Shown: positions 10,171 through 18,892, counted from the stretch's first letter. The stretch is DNA of 64,000 nucleotides from Bacteroidales bacterium (GCA_038248505.1 JBBRXJ010000003.1:5331-69330); one strand, 5' to 3'. The notes: generated from the letters alone by a model not told the origin. Numbers and translations are program-made.

Positions 10171-11145
10171 ATGATCTCACTCGCAAATATTCAAAAGCCA
10201 GTTAATAAAGAACTTCAAGAGTTTGAAAAAAGCTTTCGTGACTCCATGAAAAGCAAAGTGGCCTTGCTTGACATAATCACCAGCTATATAATTCGCAACA
10301 AAGGAAAACAGCTACGTCCTCTCTTTGTTTTTTTAGCTGCTCGTAGTTTAAATGAGGTAAAACCGGCTACTTATGTGGCAGCATCGCTTATTGAATTATT
10401 GCATACCGCCACACTTATTCATGATGATGTGGTTGACGAATCGTTTGAACGTCGCGGTTTCTTTAGTATAAATGCCTTATGGCGTGGTAAAATTGCCGTA
10501 TTGGTGGGCGATTATTTATTGTCGCGCGGTTTACTTCTTGCCCTCGATCATAAAGAATATGACCTGCTTCATACAGTATCTGATGCAGTGCGCGAAATGA
10601 GCGAAGGAGAAATTATGCAAATTCGCAAAACACGCGATTTACTTACTGATCCTGATGAATACTATGAAATAATTACAAAAAAAACCGCCTCTTTATTTGG
10701 GGCATGTATGGCTTCTGGTGCTCAATCCGTAGCTGCCGATAAAAAAATAATTGAAGATTATAAACAAGCTGGAATATTTGCTGGTATTGCTTTTCAGATA
10801 AAAGACGATCTGCTAGATTATGAAAAATCGTCCATAATTGGTAAACCAAAAGGCAATGATATAAAAGAGAAAAAAATCACGCTCCCTCTCATTTACGGCT
10901 TAATGAAAGCGAGTGAAAAAGATCGAAAACACATTATTTCGCTAATTAAAAACGCCAATCGCAAAAAACACAAAATAGGCGAAATCATTGACTTTGCACA
11001 CAATAGTGGAGGCATTGACTTTGCACGTCAAGAGATGAGCCGTTACAAACACTTGTCGCTCGATATACTTTTAAAATACCCTCAAAATGAGGCAATGATA
11101 TCGCTTCTGACTCTTATTGATTATGTTATTAATCGGGATAAATAA
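10171..11145 (+). CDS. Polyprenyl diphosphate synthase (octaprenyl/long-chain trans-isoprenyl diphosphate synthase family)
   Basis: 324 aa. First Asp-rich motif LIHDDVVDE and second motif FQIKDDLLDY. GKPKGNDIKEKKITLPL block. Confidence 0.85.
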   Translation: MISLANIQKPVNKELQEFEKSFRDSMKSKVALLDIITSYIIRNKGKQLRPLFVFLAARSLNEVKPATYVAASLIELLHTATLIHDDVVDESFERRGFFSINALWRGKIAVLVGDYLLSRGLLLALDHKEYDLLHTVSDAVREMSEGEIMQIRKTRDLLTDPDEYYEIITKKTASLFGACMASGAQSVAADKKIIEDYKQAGIFAGIAFQIKDDLLDYEKSSIIGKPKGNDIKEKKITLPLIYGLMKASEKDRKHIISLIKNANRKKHKIGEIIDFAHNSGGIDFARQEMSRYKHLSLDILLKYPQNEAMISLLTLIDYVINRDK

Positions 11146-11270
11146 ATCCTTTATTTTTAACCACTTTCGCTACTGACTTGTCATATTATAGATATATACC
11201 GTGGTTAAAACCCACGAATAGAATAACCGCTGATATCTCAGTCTTGAATGACTTGAACCGCAGAATAAAA

Positions 11271-13076
11271 TCATTTTTCATTTAGTCCTGCTATTACTAA
11301 GCCAGCCTTTGCCTTTCCACACAGCTTTTCAACATCTTCTATTGACGCATTTCGTATACCATCAACACTTCCAAAATGTGTTAATAGCTTTTCTTTTAGC
11401 TTCTCTCCTACTCCCTTTATAGCATCTAATTCCGATTTAATAAAATCTGCTGAGCGTTTAAGCCTATGAAAGCTAATACCAAAGCGATGTGCCTCGTTTC
11501 GTAAATTTTGTATTACCTTTAATGTAATCGAATTTCTATCTAAATACAAAGGCACAGGGTCGCCCGGAAAATAAATCTCCTCAAGTCTTTTAGCAATACT
11601 AATAATCGCTATTTTATTAGTAAGTTCTAGTTTTTCCAGACTAGCTAATGCCGCGCTCAATTGACCTTTTCCTCCATCAATCACAATTAAATCGGGCAAT
11701 GGCACATCTTCTTCTAACATACGACTATAACGCCTGTACAATATTTCTTCCATAGTAGCAAAGTCATCTGCTCCAACAACCGTTTTAACATTAAAATGCC
11801 TATACTCACTTTTTGCCGGTTTTCCTTTTCTAAAAACTACACAAGCCGCTACAGGAAATTCCCCTTGAATATTCGAATTATCAAAACATTCAATATGCAT
11901 TGGTGCAACATTTAAACGCAAATCATATTTCATTTTTTCAATCACACTATTTGCCTTACGCCCTGTATCGGCTTTCTCAGCAAGTCGTTTTCGCTCCAAC
12001 CTAAAATACGATAAATTTCGTTCTGATAATTCTAACAGTTTTTTCTTATCGCCTCTTTGTGGCACAAGTGTTTTAGCCCCAGGTATATCGGTTCCTATTT
12101 CAAAAGGTAAAATAATTTCTGTTGATGTACTTTGCAATCGCTCACGTAACTCAATAACAGCATAGGCTAGTAAATCTTCTTTAGCTTCTTCAATACGCTT
12201 TTTTAACTCAACACTATGTACTTGTACAATGGCGCCATTCATAATTTTAAGATAATTCACATAAGCTGAGGAGCTATCATCAAAAAAAGTAAACACGTCT
12301 GTGTTACGTATTTCAGGGGTTACCACAGTTGATCGACTTTGAAACTTCTTTAAAATATCTATCTTTTGACGCAATATTTCAGCCGCTTCAAATTCATAAG
12401 CAGCTGATTTCTCAAGCATCATAGAACTAATATATTGTATTACTTGCTGTAAATCGCCTTTTATTATTTTCCTAATAATATCAATATCCGATAAATATTC
12501 CGTCTCAGCCTGCAAACCCTCACATGGACCTTTGCACTTTTTCATATGATACTCAAGGCAAATTTTGAATTTATTGGCCTTTATATTATCATCCGTAAGC
12601 TTTAATGAACAAGTACGCAAAAGAAAAATCTCATTAATAAGATCGAGCAGTGTTTTCACCGTTCTTAGTGAAGTATAGGGTCCATAAAACGCTGCCCCAT
12701 CGCGCACTACATTTCGAGTATAAAAAATTCTCGGAAAAGGCTCATTTGTAATACAAATCCACGGAAACGTTTTATCATCTTTCAATAATACATTATATTT
12801 TGGCTGATACTCTTTTATCAAATTATTTTCAAGCAGCAAAGCATCGCTTTCAGTATTCACAACAATATGCCGTATATCAGCTATTTTACTCACCAAAACC
12901 TGAGTTTTCGCACTATCGTTCGTTTTAGTAAAATAAGTCAATACGCGTTTTTTTAAACTCTTTGCTTTACCTATGTAGATAATTTTTCCGTTTGCATCAA
13001 AATATTGATACACCCCTGGCTTATCGGGTAAGTTTTTAACAAGAAGTTCAATATTTTCTCTCTCTATTAGCTTCAA
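11271..13076 (-). CDS. uvrC: Excinuclease ABC subunit C
   Basis: 601 aa. N-terminal GIY-YIG (GVYQY...IYIGKA), UVR domain, RNase H-like endonuclease domain and C-terminal (HhH)2. The only in-frame start is TTG at 13076, with a stop immediately upstream. Confidence 0.95.
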   Translation of the reverse strand: MKLIERENIELLVKNLPDKPGVYQYFDANGKIIYIGKAKSLKKRVLTYFTKTNDSAKTQVLVSKIADIRHIVVNTESDALLLENNLIKEYQPKYNVLLKDDKTFPWICITNEPFPRIFYTRNVVRDGAAFYGPYTSLRTVKTLLDLINEIFLLRTCSLKLTDDNIKANKFKICLEYHMKKCKGPCEGLQAETEYLSDIDIIRKIIKGDLQQVIQYISSMMLEKSAAYEFEAAEILRQKIDILKKFQSRSTVVTPEIRNTDVFTFFDDSSSAYVNYLKIMNGAIVQVHSVELKKRIEEAKEDLLAYAVIELRERLQSTSTEIILPFEIGTDIPGAKTLVPQRGDKKKLLELSERNLSYFRLERKRLAEKADTGRKANSVIEKMKYDLRLNVAPMHIECFDNSNIQGEFPVAACVVFRKGKPAKSEYRHFNVKTVVGADDFATMEEILYRRYSRMLEEDVPLPDLIVIDGGKGQLSAALASLEKLELTNKIAIISIAKRLEEIYFPGDPVPLYLDRNSITLKVIQNLRNEAHRFGISFHRLKRSADFIKSELDAIKGVGEKLKEKLLTHFGSVDGIRNASIEDVEKLCGKAKAGLVIAGLNEK

Positions 13077-13283
13077 TTACTAAAATTTTGTATATTGGTA
13101 CTGCTTTTGATCATTAAATATATTGATTATATTGGAATACATCAAAATTACTAAAGATTTACATTAAATAAGAGATTTCTTATAGCAGCCTGTTGAGAGA
13201 AAAAAAGACATATTTCTCAGCATTAATTTTTATTAAATACAAAATAAGTTCATTAAGAATTAAACTAATAGAATTCAATCATA

Positions 13284-14684
13284 ATGGAAGAGTTAAATCA
13301 GGATCCCACGCTCGTAAAACGTGTGCAGAAGCTTATTGAGGAGAATCGTGATCTTAACAATCAAATGAAGCAGCTTAGTGCTAAAAATGATGAGTTATCT
13401 ATCCAAATTGATACATTAAAAACACGCCTCAGTAAATTAGGAGATTCAGCTAAAGACTTACAGCTTGATCATACCCAGACCATTAAATTTAAAATGGCTA
13501 CGGTATTATTTCTCGAAATTCATGGTTTTAAAAGTGTTAGTGGCGAGGAAGATTCCAAAGAAATCATTGATGAACTAGATAATCTATTTTATCAATTCGA
13601 CGATATAACCGCAAATTTCAAAATCGAAAAAATTAAAACTATAGGCGATACGTACATGTGTGCTGGAGGAGTACCTATAAAAAACATTACAAACCCCTTA
13701 GACGTCGTTTTATCAGCACTAGAGATGTATAATGTCTTTAATGAAACAAAAGAAAAATACACTTCCAGAAATAAGCCTTTTTATGAAATGAAAATTGGCA
13801 TACACACAGGGCCAGTAATTGCAAATACATCAGGCAAGAAAAAAATATCATACGACCTTAAAGGTGAAACCGTTAACACAGCTAGCCGCATGATGTCTGC
13901 TGCAGAAAACGGAATGATAATTATTTCTGTTATGACCTATGAGCTGGTTAAAGATTATTTTACCTGCGAACATTATGGCAAAATGCCAGTTAAAATGCAG
14001 GGAAACATGGATATGTATTCCGTTAAACGCATTAAAGTTTCACTCTCTGAAAATCGCGAGGGTCGCAAACCTAATGAAATCTTTCGTAATAGCTATTTAA
14101 TGCGGCAGCTAACCGATTTTCAAGAAATTATACTTGAAAAATTAGAAAAAGAATTGCCTTCCTTTTTGTTTTATCATAACGTTAAACACACCATAGATGT
14201 AGCCACGCAAGCAGAGCTAATAGCATGGGGTGAAGGTATATCTGATGAAGACATTCTGCTACTTAAAACGGCCGCAATACTACATGATGTTGGCCAAATT
14301 CAAGGTGCCAAAGATCATGAAGACCGTGGTGCAGCAATGGCAAAGGAAATTTTACCAAACTATGGATATGCTCCTCAACAAATTGAAACTATATGTGAAC
14401 TGATTATGGCAACAAAGCTTCCACCAAATCCACAAAATTTACTACAACAAATCATGTGCGATTCGGACTTAGATTACTTGGGAAGAAGCGATTTTATTCC
14501 TGTTTCAAACACCCTTTTTGAAGAGTTAAAAGCTCAAAATATTATTACAAACATTAACGATTGGAATAAAATTCAGGTGAAATTTCTCAGCGTTCATCAA
14601 TTTTACACCAAAACTGCAAATACATTGCGTTCAGTTAACAAACAACAGCAAATTGATCGTATTAAATCGATAATTGAAGATTAA
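13284..14684 (+). CDS. Class III nucleotidyl (adenylate/guanylate) cyclase domain protein with N-terminal coiled coil and C-terminal HD domain
   Basis: 466 aa. The first 60 aa or so are heptad-like and charged. Cyclase blocks FLEIHGF, KIKTIGDTYMCAGG, GIHTGPVIA and GETVNTASRM. C-terminal HD motif HNVKHTIDV ... AAILHDVGQ ... DHEDRG ... CDSDLDY. Confidence 0.8.
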   Translation: MEELNQDPTLVKRVQKLIEENRDLNNQMKQLSAKNDELSIQIDTLKTRLSKLGDSAKDLQLDHTQTIKFKMATVLFLEIHGFKSVSGEEDSKEIIDELDNLFYQFDDITANFKIEKIKTIGDTYMCAGGVPIKNITNPLDVVLSALEMYNVFNETKEKYTSRNKPFYEMKIGIHTGPVIANTSGKKKISYDLKGETVNTASRMMSAAENGMIIISVMTYELVKDYFTCEHYGKMPVKMQGNMDMYSVKRIKVSLSENREGRKPNEIFRNSYLMRQLTDFQEIILEKLEKELPSFLFYHNVKHTIDVATQAELIAWGEGISDEDILLLKTAAILHDVGQIQGAKDHEDRGAAMAKEILPNYGYAPQQIETICELIMATKLPPNPQNLLQQIMCDSDLDYLGRSDFIPVSNTLFEELKAQNIITNINDWNKIQVKFLSVHQFYTKTANTLRSVNKQQQIDRIKSIIED

Positions 14685-14690
14685 ACATGA

Positions 14691-15066
14691 GGTGGATGAG
14701 GCATTGGGGTACGGTCACTTCGAGGACCCAGTGACCGAGTGCTCCAAAAATCTTTGGTGCTGATTCATAGCAGTTGTAAAACCAATTTCAAATTGAAAAC
14801 TGAGCTGACTGAGGCATTCGCCGCGGCGAAGAAGCCCCGGCATTGTGAGAGACGGTCATGCGCCGAACGGCGCTTATACTATTTAAACGGGTTTGAAATT
14901 TTAAACCTGTCTTCAATATTTTGCCCGTCTTGCATATCGGTCAACAATATGAAACGCTTCGGTTTTCGGAACGCGTACGTGACTACCGACAAGAATGCTA
15001 AAGCGGGAACCAAACCTTCGCAAACCACTGAACACCAACAGTTTTATATTGTGTGTGGTTTTTTTT
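14691..15066. repeat. GC-rich hairpin-rich mosaic intergenic element, locus A (ends in a T-run)
   Basis: Starts 6 nt after the cyclase stop codon. Contains modules shared with loci at 16.1, 18.3, 18.5-18.85 and 49.1 kb: GGTGGATGAGGC, GTCACTTCGAGGAC..GTGACCG, GCTGATT..TTGTAAAA, TTCGCCGCGGCGAA and GTGAGAGACGG. A spot count of 14821-14880 gives 38/60 GC, against about 20-35% in neighbouring genes. Confidence 0.7.
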
Positions 15067-15374
15067 TAATCAACTACTTTAAGTCGATTTTCAATATCCA
15101 TATTTTGATGTAAAATCCTGATGATCTCAATTATTTTGTCTTCTGCATTCTTGAAAAAAATTAAATTAGATTTAACTTTTGACACTCTGTATCCAACTCT
15201 AATATAATCAATACTACTACACAAGTCAAAGTTATCCACAATATATTCAATCTCATCAATGATTAGGTTGTGATATCTATCGGATTGTTTTCTTGACCAT
15301 TTGTTTAACGTGTAAAGCCATATTTTCTCCAAATCAGAAATAGCTTTTTCACTTATCCTATATTTATTAATCAT
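15066..15374 (-). CDS. parE: Type II toxin ParE (RelE/ParE superfamily)
   Basis: 102 aa. Begins ISEKAISDLEKIWLYTLNKWSRKQSDRY and ends IEIIRILHQNMD, typical of ParE. 4-nt ATGA overlap with the upstream antitoxin gene. Confidence 0.85.
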   Translation of the reverse strand: MINKYRISEKAISDLEKIWLYTLNKWSRKQSDRYHNLIIDEIEYIVDNFDLCSSIDYIRVGYRVSKVKSNLIFFKNAEDKIIEIIRILHQNMDIENRLKVVD

Positions 15375-15613
15375 AAGTATTTTCGATGTAAATCTTCGAG
15401 ATGCTTGTCAGCATTGAAGTTTTCAATCATTGGACTGTTTTCTCCTTCAATCAATGCGTTTCTTAATTCTTTCAGTTTTTTCTCTTCTGATTCTAAAATT
15501 CTTAAGGCTGAACGTACAACTTCACTTGCAGAACTATATTTTCCAGAGGTAATAGATGACTTTATAAAATCCTCGTAGTGCGAACCTAATGATATTGATG
15601 TATTTTTTCCCAT
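15371..15613 (-). CDS. parD: Type II antitoxin ParD (ribbon-helix-helix, ParD1/3/4 family)
   Basis: 80 aa from the ATG at 15613 (MGKNTSISLGSHYEDFI...SASEVVRSALRILE...L). The ORF track starts 10 codons further upstream at a non-ATG codon. Overlaps parE by 4 nt. Confidence 0.8.
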   Translation of the reverse strand: MGKNTSISLGSHYEDFIKSSITSGKYSSASEVVRSALRILESEEKKLKELRNALIEGENSPMIENFNADKHLEDLHRKYL

Positions 15614-15711
15614 TTTGATGTATTTTAATTTCAAAGTTACCAAATCTTGGTAATTAAATCAAATCGACTACTAAAAATCTATTATTATTCCGTATAAAGA
15701 GGATTATATTG

Positions 15712-16046
15712 TTAGTTATCAGGCATTTGTGATAGTTCCTCAAAATTACTCACTACTTCGGAATATAAGGTAACACAGCAGCTTTCTAAAGCAGCAGAAA
15801 TGATGAGCGAATCATAAAACGAATAGCCATATTTTATTTTTATGGCATTGGTATTTCTAACAGTGTCAATAGTATTATCGTGAATAGAAACTAAAATTCA
15901 ATTTCTGAAAGTGCTATTTACAAATCAACTTCTTTTGGAGAGTATTATTTATATACCACATTGCATAACTCCTGTAAAACTTGTGTGCTCACAAAAACCT
16001 GCGGATTGTTATCGATAAATCTGGAAAGCTTTTTGTTAATTTTCAT
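15712..16046 (-). pseudogene. PIN-domain (VapC-like) toxin remnant, frameshifted
   Basis: My minus-strand translation gives MKINKKLSRFIDNNPQVFVSTQVLQELCNVVYK*. In another frame it gives ...SIHDNTIDTVRNTNAIKIKYGYSFYDSLIISAALESCCVTLYSEVVSNFEELSQMPDN*. The YG.SFYDSLI.AAALE.gc..LYSE block is typical of PIN-domain toxins. The 335-nt span is not a multiple of 3. Confidence 0.4.
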
Positions 16047-16129
16047 TCTCCGTATCGGTATTGCAATATATTAGTCTTATCCTGTCACCATTCGCCGTAA
16101 GTTTTTAGGTCGTATACTGGTTATATAAC

Positions 16130-16310
16130 TCGGTAACTTCGAGGGTCTTAGTGGTTCGTTGCTGTCACTTCGAGGACATTGGTGACCGATGGCCATCGAA
16201 GATGCTTTTACTGATTCATTAAAATTGTACGAATATTTATTATAAAAAAAAGGGGGTTGAGATGGTACATTGAGTTTTTCGCCGAGGCGAAGAAACTCTG
16301 GCGTTTAGGC
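16130..16310. repeat. GC-rich mosaic intergenic element, locus B
   Basis: Contains TAACTTCGAGGG, GTCACTTCGAGGACATTGGTGACCG, CTGATTCATTAAAATTGTA and GAGTTTTTCGCCGAGGCGAAGAAA (palindromic hairpin at 16278-16291). Abuts the 3' end of the adenine deaminase gene. Confidence 0.7.
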
Positions 16311-16318
16311 TACCAATG

Positions 16319-17932
16319 CTACTTCAAATACTTAAAACTATTCACATCAAACAATCCCTTTAAACCAATTTTTATTTCAGGAATAACAATAAGCGCAAGA
16401 AAAGACAAAGTCATAAATGGGGCACTAAGCGGAGATCCCCAGTTTTTAATACATTTATCTAATTTTGAATATTTTTTTGCAACGGTAATAGCATCTAAAT
16501 TCGACATTAATCCAGCTATTGGAAGTGACAAAACATCCGAAAAATTTTTAGATACTACAGCTAGGGCACCCTTTTTCTTTATTACTAAATTAATTACGGT
16601 AAACAAATCCTGATCATTAGTACCAACCGCAATTATATTATGGTTGTCATGCGAAACGGATGTTGCCATAGCTCCTTCTTTTAACCCAAAACCACGAACC
16701 ATGCTAACTATAGGTTTATCTTTAGTGTTATAACGGTTTATTAATATCACTTTTAACAAATCACGAGATACATCTGAATAAGCAAGACCAGAGAAAATAA
16801 GAGCTGGCAATATAATTTTTTTAGTAACAATACTTTTATCAAAAACTTCAATAAAAGGAGATTCATTGCCGTCATTTAATAACACTATATCTTTTACACT
16901 AATTTCTTCTCTATTAAAATTGTTTATAATATTTAATTTAACAGATTTTTTTTTACGTTTTACTTCATTATAAATACATCTACCTTCTCTAAAAGTTATC
17001 AATGTATTAAACTCTTTAAGACTATCAACAACAATAAAATCGGCAGAATCGCCTTCTCTCAACAATCCAATTGGCAAATTATAATGAAGTACAGCATTAA
17101 CTGAAGCAGCTCTTATTACATCAAATAAGTTATATCCAGCGTTAACAGCGAATTTAACAGAAAGATCTATATGACCCTCTAATAAAGCGTCAGGATGCAG
17201 ATCATCAGAACAGAACATTAGATTTTTTGGTGATTTATCAAAAAGAGGTAATAAATTCAAAAGATCATTCGCTGCACTTCCTCTACGAATGAGAATCATA
17301 ACACCAAGAGCGATCTTTTTCATTGCCTCCTTATAAGAAGTACACTCATGATCGGTAGATATTCCAGCACTAAAATAATTATGCATCTCATCATCGGATA
17401 AACCCGGGGCATGTCCATCAATAGGTTTTAAATATTTTTTAGCAATAGTAACTTTTTCTATAACTGATGAATCTTTATTAATAAGACCTGGATAATTCAT
17501 TAACTCAGCTAAAAAATAAATAGAATTACTTTTCATTAAAGTCTCAATTTCAGAAACTCCAATGCTAGCACCTGAAGCTTCAATAGATGTTGCCGGAACA
17601 CATGAAGGAGCTCCATAAAAGAAGGCAACATCTGTTTTTTCTGAGAGAGAAATCATATAATCAACACCACTTATACCACATACATTAGCAATCTCATGAG
17701 GATCGGCAACTACAGCAATAGTTCCATGTTTAATAGCCTGTTCTGAAAAAGCGCGAGGAGTTAACATAGAACTCTCAATATGGATATGGCTATCTACAAA
17801 TCCAGGAAGGATATAATTTGATACTTGCTTATCAATACGAGTAATAGATACTATTTTATTTTCTTTAATATCAAGAGAGCAAGGATATATCTGATCCTTC
17901 CATACATCAACAAGATTAGCTTCAAAAATCAT
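16319..17932 (-). CDS. ade: Adenine deaminase (amidohydrolase superfamily)
   Basis: 537 aa. N-terminal metal-binding GFVDSHIHIESSM motif, followed by the GTIAVVADPHEIANV, ISTDHE and SHDNHNIIAVG blocks characteristic of adenine deaminase. Confidence 0.9.
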   Translation of the reverse strand: MIFEANLVDVWKDQIYPCSLDIKENKIVSITRIDKQVSNYILPGFVDSHIHIESSMLTPRAFSEQAIKHGTIAVVADPHEIANVCGISGVDYMISLSEKTDVAFFYGAPSCVPATSIEASGASIGVSEIETLMKSNSIYFLAELMNYPGLINKDSSVIEKVTIAKKYLKPIDGHAPGLSDDEMHNYFSAGISTDHECTSYKEAMKKIALGVMILIRRGSAANDLLNLLPLFDKSPKNLMFCSDDLHPDALLEGHIDLSVKFAVNAGYNLFDVIRAASVNAVLHYNLPIGLLREGDSADFIVVDSLKEFNTLITFREGRCIYNEVKRKKKSVKLNIINNFNREEISVKDIVLLNDGNESPFIEVFDKSIVTKKIILPALIFSGLAYSDVSRDLLKVILINRYNTKDKPIVSMVRGFGLKEGAMATSVSHDNHNIIAVGTNDQDLFTVINLVIKKKGALAVVSKNFSDVLSLPIAGLMSNLDAITVAKKYSKLDKCIKNWGSPLSAPFMTLSFLALIVIPEIKIGLKGLFDVNSFKYLK

Positions 17933-18261
17933 TTATGTAAATTTATAATTGAATATATATAAAAAAATTTCTAGAAAAATTTCAACCTAAATTATTTAAG
18001 TAGGTAGTTGAGGTGCCATAATGTGTTTATCAAAATGTATTAAAAGTTACGGTTATGTAAAGCTGTTAATTTCTAGCGCTTCTAAAAGTTTCGATTCTAC
18101 TCAGCGCAGATCCTTAACGTACTACTTTCACCAATATATAAAAGAAGTACAAGAATGCAGGATCTAATTTAATAATACAAAACAAAGATATAACAATTAA
18201 TACCGATAATAAAAAATGAAGCGAAATATTGATGAGTCATCGTGCAGGTCTATAAATAAAT

Positions 18262-18330
18262 ACCTATGTTCACTGAGGTAGTACACTGAGTTTTTAGCCG
18301 AGGCGAAGAAATGCCCTCTAAGTGACCATT
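18262..18330. repeat. GC-rich repeat unit, locus C
   Basis: CACTGAGGTAGTACACTGAGTTTTTAGCCGAGGCGAAGAAATGCCCTCTAAGTGACC is about 85% identical by eye to the unit at 18625-18680. Confidence 0.75.
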
Positions 18331-18368
18331 CCAATAATTTAGTCAAAAAATTGTTAATAAGTACAAAT

Positions 18369-18384
18369 TGTTTCACGTGGAACA
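18369..18384. repeat. Palindromic element core TGTTTCACGTGGAACA (1 mismatch from TGTTCCACGTGGAACA) with AT-rich inverted arms
   Basis: Read directly. The flanks TTGTTAATAAGTACAAAT (left) and the reverse complement of TTGTTTAATAAGTATTTAAT (right) extend it to an imperfect palindrome of about 60 nt. Confidence 0.8.
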
Positions 18385-18520
18385 TAATTAAATACTTATT
18401 AAACAAATAATTACTACTTTATATTTAAATCTATTGATTAAATACATTGTTAATAAGTATTATCATAAAAAAATGAAATAGAAAAATTGTTTGAGATTTT
18501 TCTCCAAAAAGATAATAAAG

Positions 18521-18850
18521 TTGCTTTGTCGTCGCGGCGAATGTCTTAGCCACCCACATTTATTAATAGAATTAGTTTTTACAATTGCTATACACTAACA
18601 AAAAGTTTTTTCGTAACCACCGGTCACTGAAGCAGTATATTTAGTTTTTCGCCTAGGCGAAGAAATGCCCTCGAAGTAACCGCAACGCAAAACTGAGGCA
18701 CTCGAAGTGAACGTCTCTCCAATACAAGGGAGCCTCATCCACCTACTTTTTTTGTGAAAATACTATTTATATATGCAATAAATCAACAAAAGACTCTTCG
18801 TAGCTCTCTATCACTTAGGCACTCGAAGAGACCGTATCACTAAAACTCTT
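18521..18850. repeat. GC-rich mosaic intergenic element, locus D (inverted relative to locus A)
   Basis: The reverse complement carries the same ordered modules as locus A: GGTGGATGAGGC, TCACTTCGAG, CAGTGACCGG, ATAGCAATTGTAAAA and CATTCGCCGCGACGA. It also has an inserted unit with the TTCGCCTAGGCGAA hairpin (18648-18661). Confidence 0.7.
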
Positions 18851-18876
18851 TCTTTTGTTATCAATAATTAAATTTC

Positions 18877-18892
18877 TGTTCCACGTGGAACA
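18877..18892. repeat. 16-bp perfect palindrome TGTTCCACGTGGAACA
   Basis: Read directly. It ends 1 nt before the mnmG stop codon (18893-18895 on the minus strand). Confidence 0.9.

Noticed and set aside
14691-15066. Possibility that the GC-rich segment is RNase P RNA or tmRNA (the size is similar).
   Set aside because: On either strand there is no GAGGAAAGTCC or ACAGAACCCGGCTTA-type RNase P block, no tRNA-like 3' end and no tag-peptide reading frame. The segment also shares modules with four other loci, as expected for a repeat.
14739-15113. 124-aa plus-strand ORF across the GC-rich element.
   Set aside because: The composition is implausible (Cys/Arg-rich, no recognisable domain). It lies entirely in repeat DNA, runs through the T-run and overlaps the parE 3' end. 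It is best explained as a chance ORF in GC-rich sequence.
13284-15643. The cyclase plus neighbouring genes considered as a Pycsar/CBASS-type defence operon.
   Set aside because: No effector (TIR, TM, patatin, endonuclease) or CD-NTase-type gene is adjacent. The downstream genes are on the opposite strand and form a self-contained ParDE pair. The cyclase is fused to HD, which fits a signalling role better. I kept the architecture itself as a finding.
18003-18075. Purine-riboswitch-like fragments (TATGGCACC...CTACC and CCGTAAC) upstream of the adenine deaminase gene.
   Set aside because: On the ade strand the motifs occur in the wrong order (the CCGTAA-like part precedes the TATGGC part). I could not build the P1, P2 or P3 helices.
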